Positions 1-12,561 of a DNA stretch of 64,000 nt are shown here, one piece after another. The notes under the pieces were generated by a model that saw only the letters and a list, made by a program, of their open reading frames with translations, searched no databases and had not been told where the DNA came from. Source of the stretch: Pristiophorus japonicus (lineage: Eukaryota). Position 1 is the first letter of the stretch. Each line of letters starts with the position of its first letter. The position numbers and the translations under genes are program-made. The DNA is taken from contig NC_091978.1 in the NCBI RefSeq assembly GCF_044704955.1, forward strand, positions 191,332,001 to 191,396,000, read 5' to 3'.

Positions 1-424
1 TTCATCGGTGCTAGCAGAATTTTGATGAGGATCGTGGACCTGCAAACGGTGAAGAGAATCGCCCTGCGCTTGACTGCGGTCTCTTCTGTATCCAGCTCGT
101 TGGCCAAGAAGTAATGGTCAAGACGCTCAACGAAGGCTTCCCAATCATCACCCTCAACAAATCTCTCAAGAATACCAACGGCAGCCATAACCGTGTGAAA
201 GTTTGTGATCTGTTACCGTCGCCAATAACTCTACAACACTGTGTGCTGTAAGCTCAAACTGTTGTGACCTTGGTCTCTTTAATGTAACTCCAGAGTGCGG
301 AAGCAGCATGGTAGACTGCCTTTTTTCCTGCTTGCCCAGGGTGTGCAGGTGATCCTTGGGTCACCCACACGTGCGCCCCCTGGTGGCAAGTCTTACACAT
401 TAGTAAAGTTTACAAACCATAACA
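1..424 (-). mobile_element. 5' end of a Gypsy LTR retrotransposon (5' LTR, PBS, gag start), running off the left window edge
   Basis: Minus strand: LTR starts TGTTATGG at 424, PBS TGGCGACG near 217-225, gag from ATG 188 reads MAAVGILERFVEGDDWEAFVERLDHYFLANEL, homologous to the other gag starts in the window. Confidence 0.8.
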
Positions 425-1789
425 CTTACAAAGAGACTTTTTTCTCGGAGACAATTTCTCGTATCACCTGTTAATTATTCAGTATCTTTCATAGCTAATG
501 GATAACGCAAGACTTCCTGATGTTATATGAGGAAGCTGCATTAGGGAACTGCAAGGTAGTAGGGAAAGTATCACCTAATAAACATACCTCCTTGTCATTT
601 CCCTTTTGTTGGTTATATTTTTACAGCTTGCAACACAATCTATTTTCCCCTAAAATAACTCATATTGAAAGGTTATTTTGTTACAAATTGAAAAATACTT
701 TGGCATTTTCAGCCCTTCCAAACTATTTCTCATCCAAAAATCATTGCAAAGATCGCAACTCAAAACAATTGTTTTTTTTAATCCTTAATTTACATTGTCA
801 ATAATACCAAAAAAAATCCACATGACTTATTAAAAGCATCTGGGGTATGTCTACTGCCAGTGTTACAACCATAGAAAATTGTTTTGAAAGGAGCAGGAAG
901 CTGAGTAAAAAAAGTGACAGAGGCTAAAGTGGCAAGTATTATAGTTATTCAGTTTTCTACCTAAAAAAGGAATACTTCCAGTAATTACAAAATTATTTGC
1001 TTGTCAAAAGTAATAAGGGCTTTGTTAATGACCTGTTAGAATCAGCCACTGTATTTTTGCTGAGCGAAATATAAACAAGCCAGGACTTTTCTATTCAAAT
1101 ACATACTTAGAATTCTTGTAATGTTGAAATAACAAGATTTATAAGTATTAGAAGAGTTGGGATTCTTTGAGCCTCATGAAATGGGTGATGGGGCCAAGAT
1201 CAGCTATTTCATAGTACATTGATGGCTGAGTGACATAAAGTGCTTAGAGGACTCAACATTCAAAGGACAAAGGACCCAATGAAGCGTACCTATTGGAAAA
1301 CATCAGGGCCTTGACATTTGAGCGTGCCTGTTCACTTGGTCCCAGGCAGCACATTAAATTCATGCTGGGACCTCATTAAAATGATTCAGGTGCATAGCCA
1401 ATGCGACATGCGCTATTTTTTTGCTGCACGCCCGTTCGGAGGACATCGGGCGGCGGGGTGGGGGGGGCGGGTGGGGGAGAGAGGGAGGGGAATTTAAGTT
1501 AACATAATTTAAACTCATTGGCACACACAGGTTTCTCTCACAATTTGATCATACCTGACAAAGCACTAATTCAAGAACAGAGGTCATTTGTCACTCAGCA
1601 TAGCCACCATCACTTACTCACTACAACATAACTTCTGCAAATATATTCCTCAAATTAACTCATTTTACCAGCTACCATATGTCACTTTCCAGAACAGTTA
1701 TAATAACAGTATTTAATTTGTGAAAGCATTAGCTTTTGCTAAAATTTACTAGTGTTCATTGAAACATTTTGAAGAACCTGAATTGAATC

Positions 1790-2432
1790 CTGGCTAAAAA
1801 CAGAATACAGAGAGTAGGGTTTAAAGGTAGTTACTCAGATTGGCAAATGGTGGGAAGTGGTGTTCCACAAGAATTGGTGCTGGAAGCACTGTGTTTCAAC
1901 ATTTACATAAACGATTTGGACTCATGAATCGGAAATACAATTTCAAAATTTGAGGATGACACCAAATTTGGGTGTGTAGTTAATAGAGGACTGTGACATT
2001 ACAAGAAGACAACAATAAACTTGCAGAGTAGGTGTGTAATTGGCAAATGAACTTCAATATAGATAAGTGTGAGCTAGTGTATTTTGGTAGGTAGAATATG
2101 GAGGCCACCTGCTACTTGGAAAATAAGTGTTTAAATGGGGTAGAGGATCAAAGGGATCTGGAGGTATACATACCATTAACAGCAGTGACAAAGGTTAATA
2201 AGACCATAAAAAAGCAAACACAACACTGGGAAAAGAGAAGAATGAGGAGCGACCTGATCAAAGTCCACAAGATTATGAAAGCATTTGATAGGGTAGATGG
2301 AGAGAAGATGTTTCCACTTGTGGGGGAAACCAAAACTAGGGACCATCAAAATAAGATAGTCACTAATAAGGCCAATAGGCAATTAAGAGAAACTTCTTTA
2401 CCAGAGAGTTGCTAGAATGTGGAACTCACTAC
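1790..2432 (+). mobile_element. Degenerate CR1 LINE ORF2 3' part, split by a Gypsy insertion; resumes at about 6794-7000
   Basis: ORF 2098-2415 has CR1 C-terminal motifs (RRMRSDLIKVHKIMKAFDRVDGEKMFPLVGETKTR). The sequence continues colinearly after the Gypsy TSD. Confidence 0.8.
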
Positions 2433-5400
2433 TGTTGTGTATGGAGAAAGAGTCAGATTGAACACTGTGAGCTCAAAGTAAAGTGTGACCTTAGTCTTTT
2501 ATTGCAGGTCTCCAGAGTGCTCTCCAAACTGCGAAGCCTTCTTAAATACATGTGCACCCTTGGGACTCCGGGGAATGAGCACTCTGGTGGCTGTACAGAG
2601 TAAATACAAGTCCACATATATAACAACATTCCCCCCCAAAGTCAATAGTGTAAATATTTATAATGTGAGTCGATCTGGGGCCCTTTTTGCCCTGGTTGAT
2701 CATCTCGGTGTAAAAGCTGGTGCTGTTGAATCATTTGTTGGGTCCTCGCTGGGCTGCTGTGCAGCTGTCGGTTGCCACTGGTGTGTGTGTTGAGGGATCA
2801 AAAAAGGTAGGGTCCAAGGTGGGTTGCTCAGGGTAGTCCGTGAATCTGAGTTTCATTTAGTCTATTGGAAAGTTTGACCTGAAACACCCAGCTCCCCTCT
2901 TTGGCCACGACAGTGCTGGGAAGCCATTTGGGACCTTGTCCATAATTTAATACAAATGCAGGATCATTGACTTCAATCTCACGTGACAAATTTGCGCTAT
3001 CATGGTATGTACTTTCTTGAAGCCCCCTGCTCTCTACCTGTTCAAGTAGATGAGGGCGAATTAACGAGAGTTTTGTCTTAAGTGCTCTTTTCATGAGCCG
3101 TTCAGCAGGTGGGATCCCAGTGAGTGAGTGGGATCTCATGTGGTAGCTAAGCAGGACTCGGGATAGGCGAGTCTGCAGTGAGCCTTCAGTTACCCTCTTC
3201 AAGCCTTGCTTGATTGTTTGCACTGCTCTCTCTGCCTGACCATTGGACGCTGCTTTAAATGGGGCAGATGTAACATGTTTGATCCCGTTACGGGTCATGA
3301 AATCTTTAAACTCAGCACTGGTAAAACATGGCTCGTTGTCGCTCACCAGGACATCGGGTAAGCCGTGTGTGGCAAACATGGCCTGCAGGCTTTCAGTTGT
3401 GGCAACGGACGTGCTAGCCGACATTATCTCACATTCAATCCACTTGGAGTATGCGTCGACAACCACAAGGAACATTTTACCCAAGAACGGGCCAGCATAG
3501 TCGACATGTACCCTAGACCACGGTTTGGAGGGCCAAGCCCATAAACTTAGCAGCGCCTCCCTGGGTACATTGCTTAACTGCGAGCAGGTATTACATCTGT
3601 GAACGCAGGACTCTAAGCCCGCATTGATACCAGGCCACCACACGTGGGATCTGGCTATTGCTGTCATCATTACGATGCCTGGGTGGGTACTGTGGAGGTC
3701 ATTGATGGAGATGTCTCTGTCCTTCTTGGGGACCACTACTCAATTGCCCCACAGAATGTAGTCTGCCTGTATAAAAATGTCATCTTTGCGCCGCTAAAAT
3801 GGCTTTATCTCTTCCTGCATTTCTACTGGGTCACTGGACCAGCTTCCTTGAAGCACACAGCTTTTGACTAGAGATAATAAGGGGTCCTGGCTTCTCCAAG
3901 TTTTGATCTACTGGGCAGTGACGGGTGATTGCTCACTCTCAAATGCTTCCATAACCATGGCCAGATCTGCGAACTGTGCCATTTCCACCCCCGTGGTGGG
4001 CAATGGCAGCCTATTGAGAGCATCGGTGCATTTTTCTGTGCCTGGTCTGTGGCAGATGGCGTAGTTGTATGTGGACAATGTGAGCGCCCATCTCTGGATG
4101 CGGGCCGATGTGATGGCATTTGTCTCCTTACTCTCGGAAAACAGGGATATAAGAGGCTTATGGTCAATTTCCAATTTGAATTTTAGTCCAAAAAGGTATT
4201 GATGCAATTTCTTTACCCCATACACTCATGCTGTAGGCTTTCTTGGCCTTAGACAAACTCCGGGATGCATAAGCAACCAGTTGCAGTTTCCCGAAATCAT
4301 TAGCTTGTTGCAATACACACCCGACGCCATATGACGATGCATCACATGCTAGTACCAAACGCTTACATGGATCATACAACACAAGCAATTTGTTTGAGCA
4401 TAACAATTTTCTCGCTTTTACAAAGGCATTTTCTTGGCTTTTGCCCCAAACCCATTCGTCCCCTTTTCATAAAAAGACATGTAGTGGTTCTAGCAGGGTG
4501 CTGACACTCGGTAAGAAGTTACCAAAGTAGTTCAAGAGTCCCAGAAATGACCGCAGCTCCGTCATGTTCTGTGGCCTCGGTGCATTCTCGATTGCCTCCG
4601 TCTTTGCTTTGGTGGGCCTGTTGCCGTCCGTCACAATCCTCCTTCCCAGGGACTCCACTTCAGGCGCCAGGAAAACGCACTTAGCCCCAAATGGTTGAGT
4701 CGACTAAGAACCTCCTCCAGGTTCTGCAGGTGCTCGACTGTGTTCCGACCTGTGACCAAGATGTCGTCCTGGAAGACCACGGTGTGCGGGACCGACTTCA
4801 GTAAAGTTTCCATGTTTCTCTGGAATATCGCCGCCACTGATCGGATTCCAAATGGGCATCTGTTATAAACACAAACACCTTTGTGCGTGTTGATGCAGGT
4901 GAGGGCCTTCGATGATTCCTCCAGTTCCTGCGTCATGTAGGCTGAAGTCACATACAGCTTCGTGAACATCTTTCCTCCTGCCAGCGTTGCAAAGAGGTCG
5001 TCGGCTTTTGATAGTGGGTATTGACCCTGCAGGGAGAAACGATTGATAGTTATTTTGTAATCGCCACAGATTCTGACGGTGCCGTCTCCCTTGAGGACTG
5101 GGACAATAGGACTGGCCCACTCGCTGAACTCGATCGGTGAGATGATGCCTTCTTGTTGCTGCCGGTCTAGCTCGATCTCAACCCTTACTCTCATCATGTA
5201 TGGTGCTGCTCTCGCCTTGTGATGGATGGGTGCACTCCCGGAATTAGGTGGATCTGCACTTTTGCTCCTTGGAATTTCCAGATGCCTGGTTCGAACAGCG
5301 AAGGAAATTTGTTTAAGACTTGGGCACACGAAGTGTCGTCAGTGGGCGATAGCGCTCGGACGCCGTCCTAGTTCCAGTGTATCTTTCCCAGCCAGCTCCT

Positions 5401-6793
5401 GCTGAGCAGCATGGGACCATCGCCCGATACCACCCAGAGTGCAGCTTGTGCACCGCTCCATTGTAGGAGACCTTTATGGTAGCACGGACGATTACAGGAA
5501 TCAGTTCTTTAGTGTAAGTTCTTAGTCTCGTGCGAACTGAAGTTAAGACAGGCCTTGAGGTCTTGTTGCACCACAACCTTTCAAAAGTCTTTTTGCCCAT
5601 GAGGGACTGGATTGCGCCCGTGTCCAGCTCCATTGACACCAGGAGTCCATTTATTTCAACATTCAGCAATATCGGTGGATAATTCATGGTGAAAGTGTGC
5701 ACCCATGTACCTCTGCCTCCTCTATCTGAGGCTCTGGTTCATAGTGGTCCTCCGTGGATCTGTCCTCCTCTGCAACGTGGTGGTTTGCATGTTTAACAGG
5801 CTTTGCAGCTTGTCTGCATACTCGTTGGAGGTGTCCCATTGTTCCACAGCCCTTGTAAATATATCCTTTGAATCGGCATGAATGGAAACGATGATCACCC
5901 CCGCAGCGCCAACAAGGTGTTAATGGCCTTGCAGTCATCACCCTTGATGGTGGACTATGAGACATCTGTGGACGTGTAGCTGCAGGTATGTGTGACCTGC
6001 CCTGTACATTCGAAAACAACATCACTTTGTTCACAATACTTGTAGCAGCAATTGTGTGCTGAGAGATTTGCTTAGTATTGTCACTGGTGGCAATGAACGC
6101 CTGGGCTATCGCTATGGCCTTACTCAAGTTTGGGGTCTCTACAGTCAAAAGCTTGCGAAGTATGGTTTCATGGCCAATGCCAAGTACGAAAAAGTCTCTG
6201 AGCATGTGCTCCAATTGTCCTTCAAATTCGCAATGTCCTGCAAAGCGTCTCAGCTGGGCGATATAACTCATCACTTCCTGGCCTTCACACCTTTTGTAGG
6301 TGTAGAACCGGTACCTCGCCATCAGAACGATTTCCTTTGGGTTCAAATGCTATCAGACCAGTGTGCACAAATCATCGTATGATTTTTCCATGGATTTCGC
6401 TGTAGTGAACAGGTTCTTCATGAGACGGTGAGGAGGATCGCCCAACATCTAGTTCGTTGGCCACGAAATATTGGTCGAGTCGCTCCACAAAAGTTTCCCA
6501 ATCATCTCCCTCCGAAAATTTCTCCAGGATGCCCACTGTTCTCTGCATCTTTGGGTTCGCTATCTGTATCTCATCGCCAGTTGTTGTGTATGGAGAAAGA
6601 GTCAGACTGAACACTGTGAGCTCAAAGTAAAATGTGACCTTAGTCTTTTATTGCAGGTCTCCAGAGTGCCTCTCCAACCTGTGAAACCTTCTTAAATATC
6701 TGTGCTACGAAGGGATTATGAGATCCTTTGGGTCTCCAGGGAATGAGCCCTCTGGTGGCTGTACAGAGTAAATACAAGTCCACATATATAACA
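2433..6793 (-). mobile_element. Gypsy LTR retrotransposon, near full length but frameshifted (gag-pro-RT-RH-IN)
   Basis: LTRs 2433-2625 and 6582-6793 (TG...CA). 5-bp TSD ACTAC at 2428-2432 and 6794-6798. PBS TGGCGATGAG and PPT present. Gag zinc knuckle CWRCGGDH, protease LDTGA, RT FQDD, RNase H DASSYG, integrase VHVDYAGP/VSDN. Confidence 0.97.
2828..6550 (-). pseudogene. Disrupted gag-pol of the Gypsy element
   Basis: Consecutive ORF fragments 6372-6614, 5684-6346, 5313-5702, 4631-5329, 4467-4658, 4164-4406, 3908-4225 and 2828-3736 lie in Gypsy domain order. Confidence 0.93.
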
Positions 6794-7520
6794 ACTACCA
6801 CAAGGAGTAATGGAGGTAAATAGCATAGGTGTATTTAATGGGATGCTAGATAAGGGCGATGCACACAAGGGAGACGAGAATATAAGAATATGTTGATGAG
6901 GGAAGATGGAGAAGGGTGGGAGGAGGTTCATGAGGAGCATAACCAGCATGGACTTGTTGGGCCAAATGACATATTTCTGTGCTGTAAATACTTCATAATA
7001 CTTCATAATTAACAGCTCACCTCTCACATAATTTAAAATACTTACAGGCCAGGTGCATAATGATAAAATAATCTTTAGCACTGTGAAGATTACCAAACAA
7101 AAACAGCAAAGAATCAGAGTCAAACATTCTGTAAACATCCCCACTGCAGTTCTGTAACTGGGATAAAAGGATGGAATGCTGCAGCTTAAGTGTTTACTTT
7201 CCTAGGACCATCACTGAGACAGACCTTAAGGCCGTATTAAAGTAAATTTCAAAACAATTCATTACATGTGCTGCGTGTTGAGTCATTTCAAGGATATGTG
7301 ATGAGGTACAATATAAATGCAAGTGTTATTAATTAATTGTAATGTTGTAACTGACTCGCTCAAATTTGTCCGCACTCCCGACATATGTTAACAGAGTGGA
7401 TGAAACCAGGAAACTGCCAGATTGACAAGCTATCCTCGGGTCTGATTATTCTTTTAATTTTTTTACATATACATTACTAGCAGCAAAATTTACTGCCTTA
7501 GTACATTCTTAAAAAAAGTG

Positions 7521-7712
7521 ACTGTCCCCCTGTGTGCAAGTAGAGTGTGTGTCCCCCGTGTGCAGGTAGAGTGTGTGTCCCCCGTGTGCAGGTAGAGTGA
7601 GTGACCCACGTGTGCAGGTAGAGTGAATGTCCCCCATATACAAGTAGAGTGAGTGTCCCATGTGTACAGGTAGAGTGAGTGTCCTACATGTGCAGGTAGA
7701 GTGAGTGTCCCA
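7521..7712. repeat. Minisatellite, about 26-bp unit, about 7 copies
   Basis: Repeated GTCCCC(G/A)TGTGCAGGTAGAGTG(A/T)GT units with no spacers. Confidence 0.9.
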
Positions 7713-7729
7713 CTATAACTATAAATACA

Positions 7730-10230
7730 ATGTGCCAGAAATTGCTGCAATGGTGCAAGAAATAATGCAGGCATGTAAAAAAGGAACAGCAATAATCATG
7801 GGTGATTTTAATCTTCACATTGATTGGACAAATCAAATTGGCCAAGGTAGCATTGAGGAAATGTTCATTGAGTGTATCCGGGATAGTTTCCTTGAACATT
7901 ACGTTGTGGAACCAATCAGGGAGCAGGCTATTTGAGATCCGGTTACTGTGTAATGAGACAGGATTAATAAATTATCTCATCGTAAAAGATCCTCTAGGAA
8001 TGAGTGATCATAACATGGTTGAATTTCAAATTTAGTTGGAGGGTGAGAAAGTTGGATCTCAAACCAGTGTCCTAAGCTTTAATAAAGGAGACTACAAAGG
8101 TATGAAGGCAGAGTTGGCTAAAGTGGACTGAGAAACTAGATTAGTGGGACGGTTGATGAGCAGTGGCAGACATTTAAGGAGATATTTCGTAACTCTCAAC
8201 AAAAATATATCCCAATGAGAAGGAAAGACCGAAAGAGAAGGGATAACCATCTGTGGCTAACTAAGGACAGAAAGGATGGTATCAAATTGAAAACAATGGC
8301 ATACAAAGTGGCCAAGATTAGTGGGAGGCCAGAGGATTGGAAAACTTTTAAAAACCAGCAAAGAATGATTAAAAAATAATAAAGAGAGGGAAGATAGATT
8401 ATGAAAGTAAACTAGCAAGAAATATAAAAACAGATAGTAAGAGTTTCTACAGCTATATAAAAAGGAAGAGAGTGGCTAAAGTAAATGTTGGTCTATTAAA
8501 AGATTAGACTGGGGAATTAATAATGGGGAACAAGGAAATGGCAGAGAGTTTGAACAGATATTTTGGTGGAAGACACTAAAAACATCCCAATAATGGATAA
8601 TCAAGGGGCTATAGGGAGGGAGGAACTTAAAACATTCATTATCACTAAAGAAGAAGTACTCGGTAAAATAATGGGACTAAAGGTGGACAAGTCCCGTGAA
8701 ACTGATGGTTTGCATCACTAGGGTCTTAAAAGAAGTTAATAGTGGATGCATTGGTTGTAATCTACCAAAATTCCCTGGATTCTGGAGAGGTCCCAGCAGA
8801 TTGGAAAACCGCACATGTAACGCTCTTATTTTAAAAAGGAGGCAGACAGAAAGCAGGAAACTATAGACCAGTTTGCCTAACATCTGTCATTGGGAAAATG
8901 CTGGAGTCCATTATTAAGGAAGCAGTGGAAGGACATTTGGAAAAGCATAATTCAGTCAGGCAGAATTAGCATGGTTTTATGAAAGGGAAATATGTTTGAC
9001 AAATTTGCTGGAGTTCTTTGAGGGTGTAACAAATAGGGTGGATAAGGGGGAACCAGTGGATATGGTGTATTTGGATTTGCAGAAGGCATTCGATAGGGTG
9101 CCACATAAAAGGTTACTGTGCAAGATAAAAATTCACGGGGTTGGAGGTAATATATTACCAAACACAGAGGATTGGCTAACTAAAAGGAAACAAGGAGCCG
9201 AGATAAATGGATAAATGGGCAAACATTAACTAGTGGGGTGCCACAGGTATTGGTGCTGGGGCCCCAACTATTTACAATCTACATTAATGATTTGGATGAA
9301 GGGACCGAGTGTAATGGAGCTAAGTTTGCTGATGTTACAAAGATGGGTGGGAAAGCAAATTGTGAGGATGACACAAAAATCTGCAAAGGGATATAGACAG
9401 GCTAAGTGAGTGGGCAAAATTTGGCAAATGGAGTATAATATGGAAAAGTGTGAGGTTATCCACTTTGGCAGGAAAAATAAAAAGCAAATTATTATTTAAA
9501 TAGAGAAAAATTACAAAATGCTGCAGTACAGAGGGACCTTGGGGTCCTTGTGCTTGAAACACAAAAGTTTAGTATGCAGGTACAGCAAGTAATCAGGAAG
9601 GCAAATGGAATGTTGGCCTTTATTGTAAGGGGGATAGAGTATAAAAGCAGAGAAATCAAGTTACAACTGTATAAGGTATTGGTGAGGCCACACCTAGAGT
9701 ACTGTGTACAGTTTTGGTCTTAATTAAGGAGGGATATACTTGCATTGGATGCAATTCAGAGAAGGTTCACTAGGTTGATTCCGGAGATGAAGGGGTTGCA
9801 TTATGAAGAATGGTTAAGTAGGTTGGCTCTATACTCATTGGAGTTCAGAAGAATGAATGGTGATCTTATTGAAACATGTCAGATAATGAGGGGGCTCGAC
9901 AAGGTGGATGCAGAGAGAATGTTTCCACTCATAGGGGAACCTAGTACTAGGAGGCATAGTTTCAGAATAAGAGGTCGCCCATTTAAAACTGAGATGAAGA
10001 GGAATTTCTTCTTGCAGTGGGTTGTAAATCTGTGGAATTCTCTGCCCCAGAGAGCTGTGAAGGCTGGGTCGTTGAATATATTTAAGGCAGAAATAGACAG
10101 ATTTTTGCGCTATAAGGGAGTAAAGGATTATATGGAGTAGGCAGGGAAGTGGAGCTGAGCCCATGATTTTTGATTGCGGAGCAGGCTAAAAGTCCAACTC
10201 CTGTTCCTATTTCTTATATTTTTATGTTCT
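7730..10230 (+). mobile_element. CR1 LINE, 5'-truncated, ORF2 (APE end to RT) degraded
   Basis: Motifs IIMGDFN, DPLGMSDHNMVEF, YLDLQKAFDRVPH and FTRLIPEMKGL...LWNSLPQ. TTCTTATG-like tail near 10210-10230. Confidence 0.93.
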
Positions 10231-10271
10231 TAACTTATCATCTTATCTCACTGTTTACATGGCACTGTATT

Positions 10272-11455
10272 TGGCCGCAAATTGTTGGAATGTCGAAGCG
10301 ATAACGGCGCAGCGATTTCAATATCGCATCTGGGATATCATGAACATCTTGTTAAATAGTCTATCTCCTTAACCAATGAAAGAAAAGGATAGAGAAAGAA
10401 ACTGAGTGAACGACGGAGAATAAAAGTGCATTAAGAGAGAGAAAAAAGAGACAGAAAGGAAATGTGAGAAAAATATTAAAAGGAACAAGTAGAAGAAGGG
10501 AACATTGTAACCCAATTTTCTTTGGGCATTGTTGTATTGTGAGAAGTTAATGTGTGAATGGCAGGTGTGCAAAATGTAATTCTTAACCCGTGAAAAAAAA
10601 TCAACAGTCAAGTCCATCACAATCAGAAACAGTGGAACTGCTTTCATAAGAATATAGGAATTGCTAGCAAAAAAAAATACTAATGTCCATCTCGTTCAGC
10701 TTCTACCATCCTGGTAATCACATGATATAATGATAATGGAGTTATTGACTAATCATATCAAGCAATCTCTATCAATTAGTCTACAGCAGGCTCAGACATG
10801 ATGCAAGAAAAACCCCAGTGGTGGAGAGCTTTGGAACCATAGGTCCAAAGTCATCTTAATGCTCCCAAGCAAGCGACACGTTCCACATCAAGTCTCAAAT
10901 TACTCATATACTGTACCGCAAAATGTTAATTTCTGAAATAAATAATTCTAATTTGCATTTCTTAGTGTTGAATCAACTTTGCATCCTGAAAACCTTTGCT
11001 TTCTGATACTAACAGGAATGTTGATGGCAAGACTGGCACAGAAATACTGCCAAGGGAGATTAAACATTTTAAAAGCCTCCAGGAACAATTCACTATCTTC
11101 TTCATTGTTTCCTTTTTGGGCCTCCAAGGTTAAGTATCATGTCAGGACCATAAATCATGTCATTAACAGGGTCCTTATGACATGAACTATTAGCTGTAAA
11201 TGGCTGCGGCGAGATTAATTTGCATTAACATTGTAAATCCAGCAATTTCATGACATGAAATGAACTTCAGTGGAGAGTCTCATGGCAAGATAGTAATCCT
11301 TTCGGTTTTGTCGAAGTTAACGGCGGAATGGCACAAATTGTGGAAAATAGGAACATGTGGTGTATCTCTACTTGGCCGCTAATGGCTTGATTTTTTTAAT
11401 GAATTAATAATGGTGGGTGTCGTTAAAGTGTAATTATTTTTTCAATTTGTGGCCC
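10272..11455. mobile_element. Possible old non-autonomous Harbinger-type element
   Basis: Imperfect terminal inverted repeats GGCCGCAAATTG and CAATTTGTGGCC. No coding capacity seen. Confidence 0.35.
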
Positions 11456-12149
11456 ATTTGCTTATTCAACTAATCAGTTTGCTTATTGTCTGGGGCAAAT
11501 GAGACAGACTGACTTCAACTTCGGGTTAAAAGACAGTGAACTTTTCGAGAATCAGAGTTTGGGATGGAAGGTACTAGTGGAGAGGTCAGAAGATGTAGGA
11601 GCTTGGTGTGATTTTGTGATCCAAGATACCTTTGAAGTAAGAATTTGGCTGTATAGAAGAAAAGGCAATACGGCTTTATGGTGGTCAAGCAAATCATCAT
11701 CTTACCTTTAATGATCTGCTGTTTATAAGTGGAAAAGCATTTTGCTGGCATTCAGGACCAGAGAGAGTCATGGCAGGTGCTGTTCTGTTAAGTGCTGCTC
11801 TTTTGCTGTGCCCTGGGCTGTGCTTGGCTCCCCATCAACTGTAAAGAACGACAGATGTGACTTAATTAGCACATAAATACACTTACTCATTTGGGTACTC
11901 TCTATTGCCAGTAAATGCACAACTATACAGTTAGGCATGATCTGTATACTAAGCAGATAATGAGAGTTAACCTGGTTATCTTAGAACACTGGAAACATAT
12001 TGGACATATCCAGAGTGTGTGCACAGACCTTCGACCTCTGAAGGTTTAATGTCTCCCATCCAATGAATTGCATAATGCTCACTTCCCAACCAAGCAAAGT
12101 TTCTTTCTTGGATGAGTTGAACACCTGATGCAGCCCAAGCTCTGCCATT

Positions 12150-12560
12150 GTATGTCAACTTTGGTTGGTATTCCCTGGAGTTCAGAAGGTTGAGGGTGAT
12201 CTAATTGAGATATTTAAAATGATAAAAGGATTCAATAGTGTATTTACAGGGAAACTATTTCTTTTGGTTGGAGAATCCAGAACAAGGTACATAGAACTAG
12301 GCCAGTTAGGAATGGAATCAGGAAGCATTTTTTCACACAAAAGATAGTGAAACTCTGGAACTATCCCCTCAAAAGGCTATAGATGCTCAGTCAATTGAAA
12401 TTTTCAAAACTGAAATATAGATTTTTGTTAGTTGAGGCCATTAAGGCATATGGAGAAAAGGCAGGTACATGGAGTTGATGTACAGATTAGTCCTGATCTA
12501 ATTGAATGGCGGAACAGGCTCAACGGTCTTGATGGCCTATTCCTGTTCTTATATTCCTAT
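12150..12560 (+). mobile_element. CR1 LINE 3' fragment
   Basis: GDLIEIFKMIKGF motif, CR1 3' UTR and tail GGCCTATTCCTGTTCTTATATTCCTAT. Confidence 0.8.
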
Positions 12561-12561
12561 G

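Noticed and set aside
7521-7712. Regular repeats resembling a CRISPR array
   Set aside because: Units are contiguous with no unique spacers, there are no cas genes, and the context is eukaryotic. It is a minisatellite.
11499-11711. 70-aa ATG ORF in unique sequence
   Set aside because: Length is compatible with chance and there is no motif or supporting exon structure.
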